DNA from: a virus
Taxonomy: Duplodnaviria > Caudoviricetes
DNA: 64,000 nt
Direction: 5' to 3' (one strand)
IMG/VR virus record: IMGVR_UViG_3300033074_001483
Location: 21,517 to 85,516 of that record
The stretch's first letter is position 1, and every line of letters begins with the position of its first letter. The translations under genes were made by a program, and so were the position numbers. Under the pieces are notes generated by a model. It saw nothing but the letters and a program-made list of their open reading frames with translations. It was not told where the DNA came from and did no database searches. Shown one piece after another: positions 62,346 to 64,000 of the stretch.

Positions 62346-62918
62346 TCATGGAATAGAAATGGTCGGAGCATTTTGGAGTGCTCGGTAAACTGATACATAA
62401 CTGGTTACATTCTGTCCCAGAAAGATTTCTGGAGATTTGAACACCAACATATCCTTTCCTATAGTATTGGTTGCCGTATAAACTACCGTTGGCAACGAAA
62501 GTGATGCGACACCGTTTGATGGAGAACTAGCCAACGTAAACAGTGGAACGTTGGTTGAAATGGTATCGAAAACAGTGATAGACGTTGACTTACCGAATCC
62601 GTTGACAAGAATGTTTTGTCCACGAATCTTATTGGATGGGTCGCTTTCCAATCCTGTGTTATCTTTTGCGGTTACGTACAATTCATAAACTACGTTTGGT
62701 ACGGCAGCAATGACACCATTAGTGTTGAGTCTTCCACTGATGTTGGTGGAAGAAAAATTGGTTACGGCAATGTTTCTATAATAAAGAGCGTATTGTGTAA
62801 CATTTGCGTCCGGCGAGGCATCCCAACGAACTCTGAGTTGATTAGGATTATTCGTGGACTGAGCGAACATCGTAACAGCCGTTACGAGCGAAAGGAGAAT
62901 TAAGGAGAGTTTCTTCAT
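62346..62918 (-). CDS. Secreted fibronectin type III domain protein
   Basis: Signal peptide; VRWDASPD..QYALYY..YELYVTAKD..LESDPSN. Confidence 0.85.
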   Translation of the reverse strand: MKKLSLILLSLVTAVTMFAQSTNNPNQLRVRWDASPDANVTQYALYYRNIAVTNFSSTNISGRLNTNGVIAAVPNVVYELYVTAKDNTGLESDPSNKIRGQNILVNGFGKSTSITVFDTISTNVPLFTLASSPSNGVASLSLPTVVYTATNTIGKDMLVFKSPEIFLGQNVTSYVSVYRALQNAPTISIP

Positions 62919-62931
62919 AACAATAAATATC

Positions 62932-62974
62932 AAAAAAACGGGTGGGAAACCTTTTTATAAGACTCCCACCCGTT
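62932..62974 (-). terminator. Intrinsic terminator after the outer-membrane protein gene
   Basis: AACGGGTGGGA/TCCCACCCGTT hairpin with T7. Confidence 0.8.
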
Positions 62975-63022
62975 GGGGGCGTTTTGCCCTTCCACCATTT
63001 GCGGCACAAGTCCGCAAATCAC

Positions 63023-63619
63023 TTAGAATACAAGGCGAAGTCCACCTTGGACAGACACCGCACCATTACCCCAATTTTGGAATTCATGGTTACGATATTG
63101 ACCTTCGGCGAAGATGCCCCACTTCTTATTCAGACGAACTTCTGTACCCACCTTGGCAATGTATGCCCAATCTTGAGCATCATTCCAGTTATAGACGCCG
63201 CCAAGACCGACATAAGGAGCGACATTCTTGAGGATTGCCTTGTCTTCGGACAACGGCAAGCGGAACAACAGACCTGCCTGAACTTCGTCAACACTTACAC
63301 CCTTTGTTTGATAAAACGGAACATTGGCTTCAACACCAACGTTTCGGAATGGAAACCAAAACGCACCTGCGGTCAGGTTAAACGTATATGGTTCGCCAAA
63401 CAGCGTTTCACCATTGATGGTATTTGCTGCACCAACATCATATCCTGTGGACAGACTCAGACCAACTTCACCTGCGTTAAACAGAGAAGTAGATTGAGCA
63501 GCTACCGATTCCACAGCAACACCACTCGTTCCGCTCACTACCTTATCAGCAGCGAAAGCAGAGGTTGCCAGTGCCAAGGCGCAAAAAACGCCAACGATCA
63601 TTTTTGTGAATTTCTTCAT
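63023..63619 (-). CDS. Outer-membrane beta-barrel protein (8-strand type)
   Basis: Signal peptide, amphipathic strands, PYVGLGG, C-terminal GGLRLVF. Confidence 0.85.
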   Translation of the reverse strand: MKKFTKMIVGVFCALALATSAFAADKVVSGTSGVAVESVAAQSTSLFNAGEVGLSLSTGYDVGAANTINGETLFGEPYTFNLTAGAFWFPFRNVGVEANVPFYQTKGVSVDEVQAGLLFRLPLSEDKAILKNVAPYVGLGGVYNWNDAQDWAYIAKVGTEVRLNKKWGIFAEGQYRNHEFQNWGNGAVSVQGGLRLVF

Positions 63620-63733
63620 ATTTTTTTCCTTTGGTTGTTTTCATAGCCTTGCCACATGACAAGACTAGCTTAACTTGGATAAGTATATCCTCTTCCAAGT
63701 AAATGTCAAGATGTTTTTTGGATTTTTTATAAT

Positions 63734-64000
63734 TTAGCGTCTCCGCTCTATACGACGGATATATGCTCGATTGTAAGCGGATTGTCTATCGAGTAGAAGT
63801 TGTTCCCAACGAAGACGTTCCACCCATTCTTGGGGCAAAACAACAAGTTTGTTGGTATTAACTTCTGACACTACATTAGTCGCTGGCACAGAGTTGGTTG
63901 TGGTCACGAAGTAGTTGTTAATGACCACTTGCGAATTCGAAATGTGGATGATATTCGTCTGTGCCCAAGTAGAGCATAGGCAGAATATCGCTCCAAGGAG
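63734..64000 (-). CDS. Secreted protein (5' end beyond window)
   Basis: Frame open to the window edge with signal-peptide-like LLGAIFCLCSTWAQ. Confidence 0.55.
   Translation of the reverse strand, partial: LLGAIFCLCSTWAQTNIIHISNSQVVINNYFVTTTNSVPATNVVSEVNTNKLVVLPQEWVERLRWEQLLLDRQSAYNRAYIRRIERRR

Noticed and set aside
1-64000. Stop-codon reassignment
   Set aside because: Long conserved ORFs are intact under code 11, TAG ends several genes at sensible points, and no intact suppressor tRNA was found.
1-64000. CRISPR array, integrase, transposase or intein
   Set aside because: No regularly spaced direct repeats or such motifs seen; the only short tandem repeat is the (PPVVT)3 coding repeat at about 36300-36350.

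Overview
A 64 kb segment of a jumbo tailed phage (myovirus type), almost all on the minus strand, standard genetic code. Bases 1-30 kb hold virion/baseplate genes (T4 gp6- and gp25-like), a gp55-like sigma factor, Hsp20, tail fibres and PhoH. Bases 30-57.5 kb hold a very large tRNA region: about 62 tRNA genes covering all 20 amino acids, about ten free-standing homing endonucleases, small ORFs and many unexplained structured RNAs. Bases 57.5-64 kb hold CoA-biosynthesis, nuclease and secreted/outer-membrane protein genes. Signal-peptide FN3 proteins and the beta-barrel weakly suggest a Gram-negative, possibly Verrucomicrobia-like host (inference). Most striking: (i) a family of 7-8 small RNAs sharing an RAGAURC-N1-2-RCAGCWA terminal-helix motif fused to different tRNA parts, including two 135-nt circularly permuted tRNAs and ~55-63 nt RNAs displaying Tyr/Asn/Asp anticodon stem-loops; (ii) a near-copy of the 23S rRNA L11-binding (GTPase-associated) domain; (iii) two tRNA-Arg-like genes with a D-like arm placed after the anticodon arm; (iv) oversized CCA-ending tRNA-like RNAs and a ~680-nt structured RNA; (v) phage coaB/coaC/coaD with a CoaC-M23 fusion. 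All RNA folds were read by eye and no database searches were run, so coordinates may be off by 1-3 nt and family names are motif-based.
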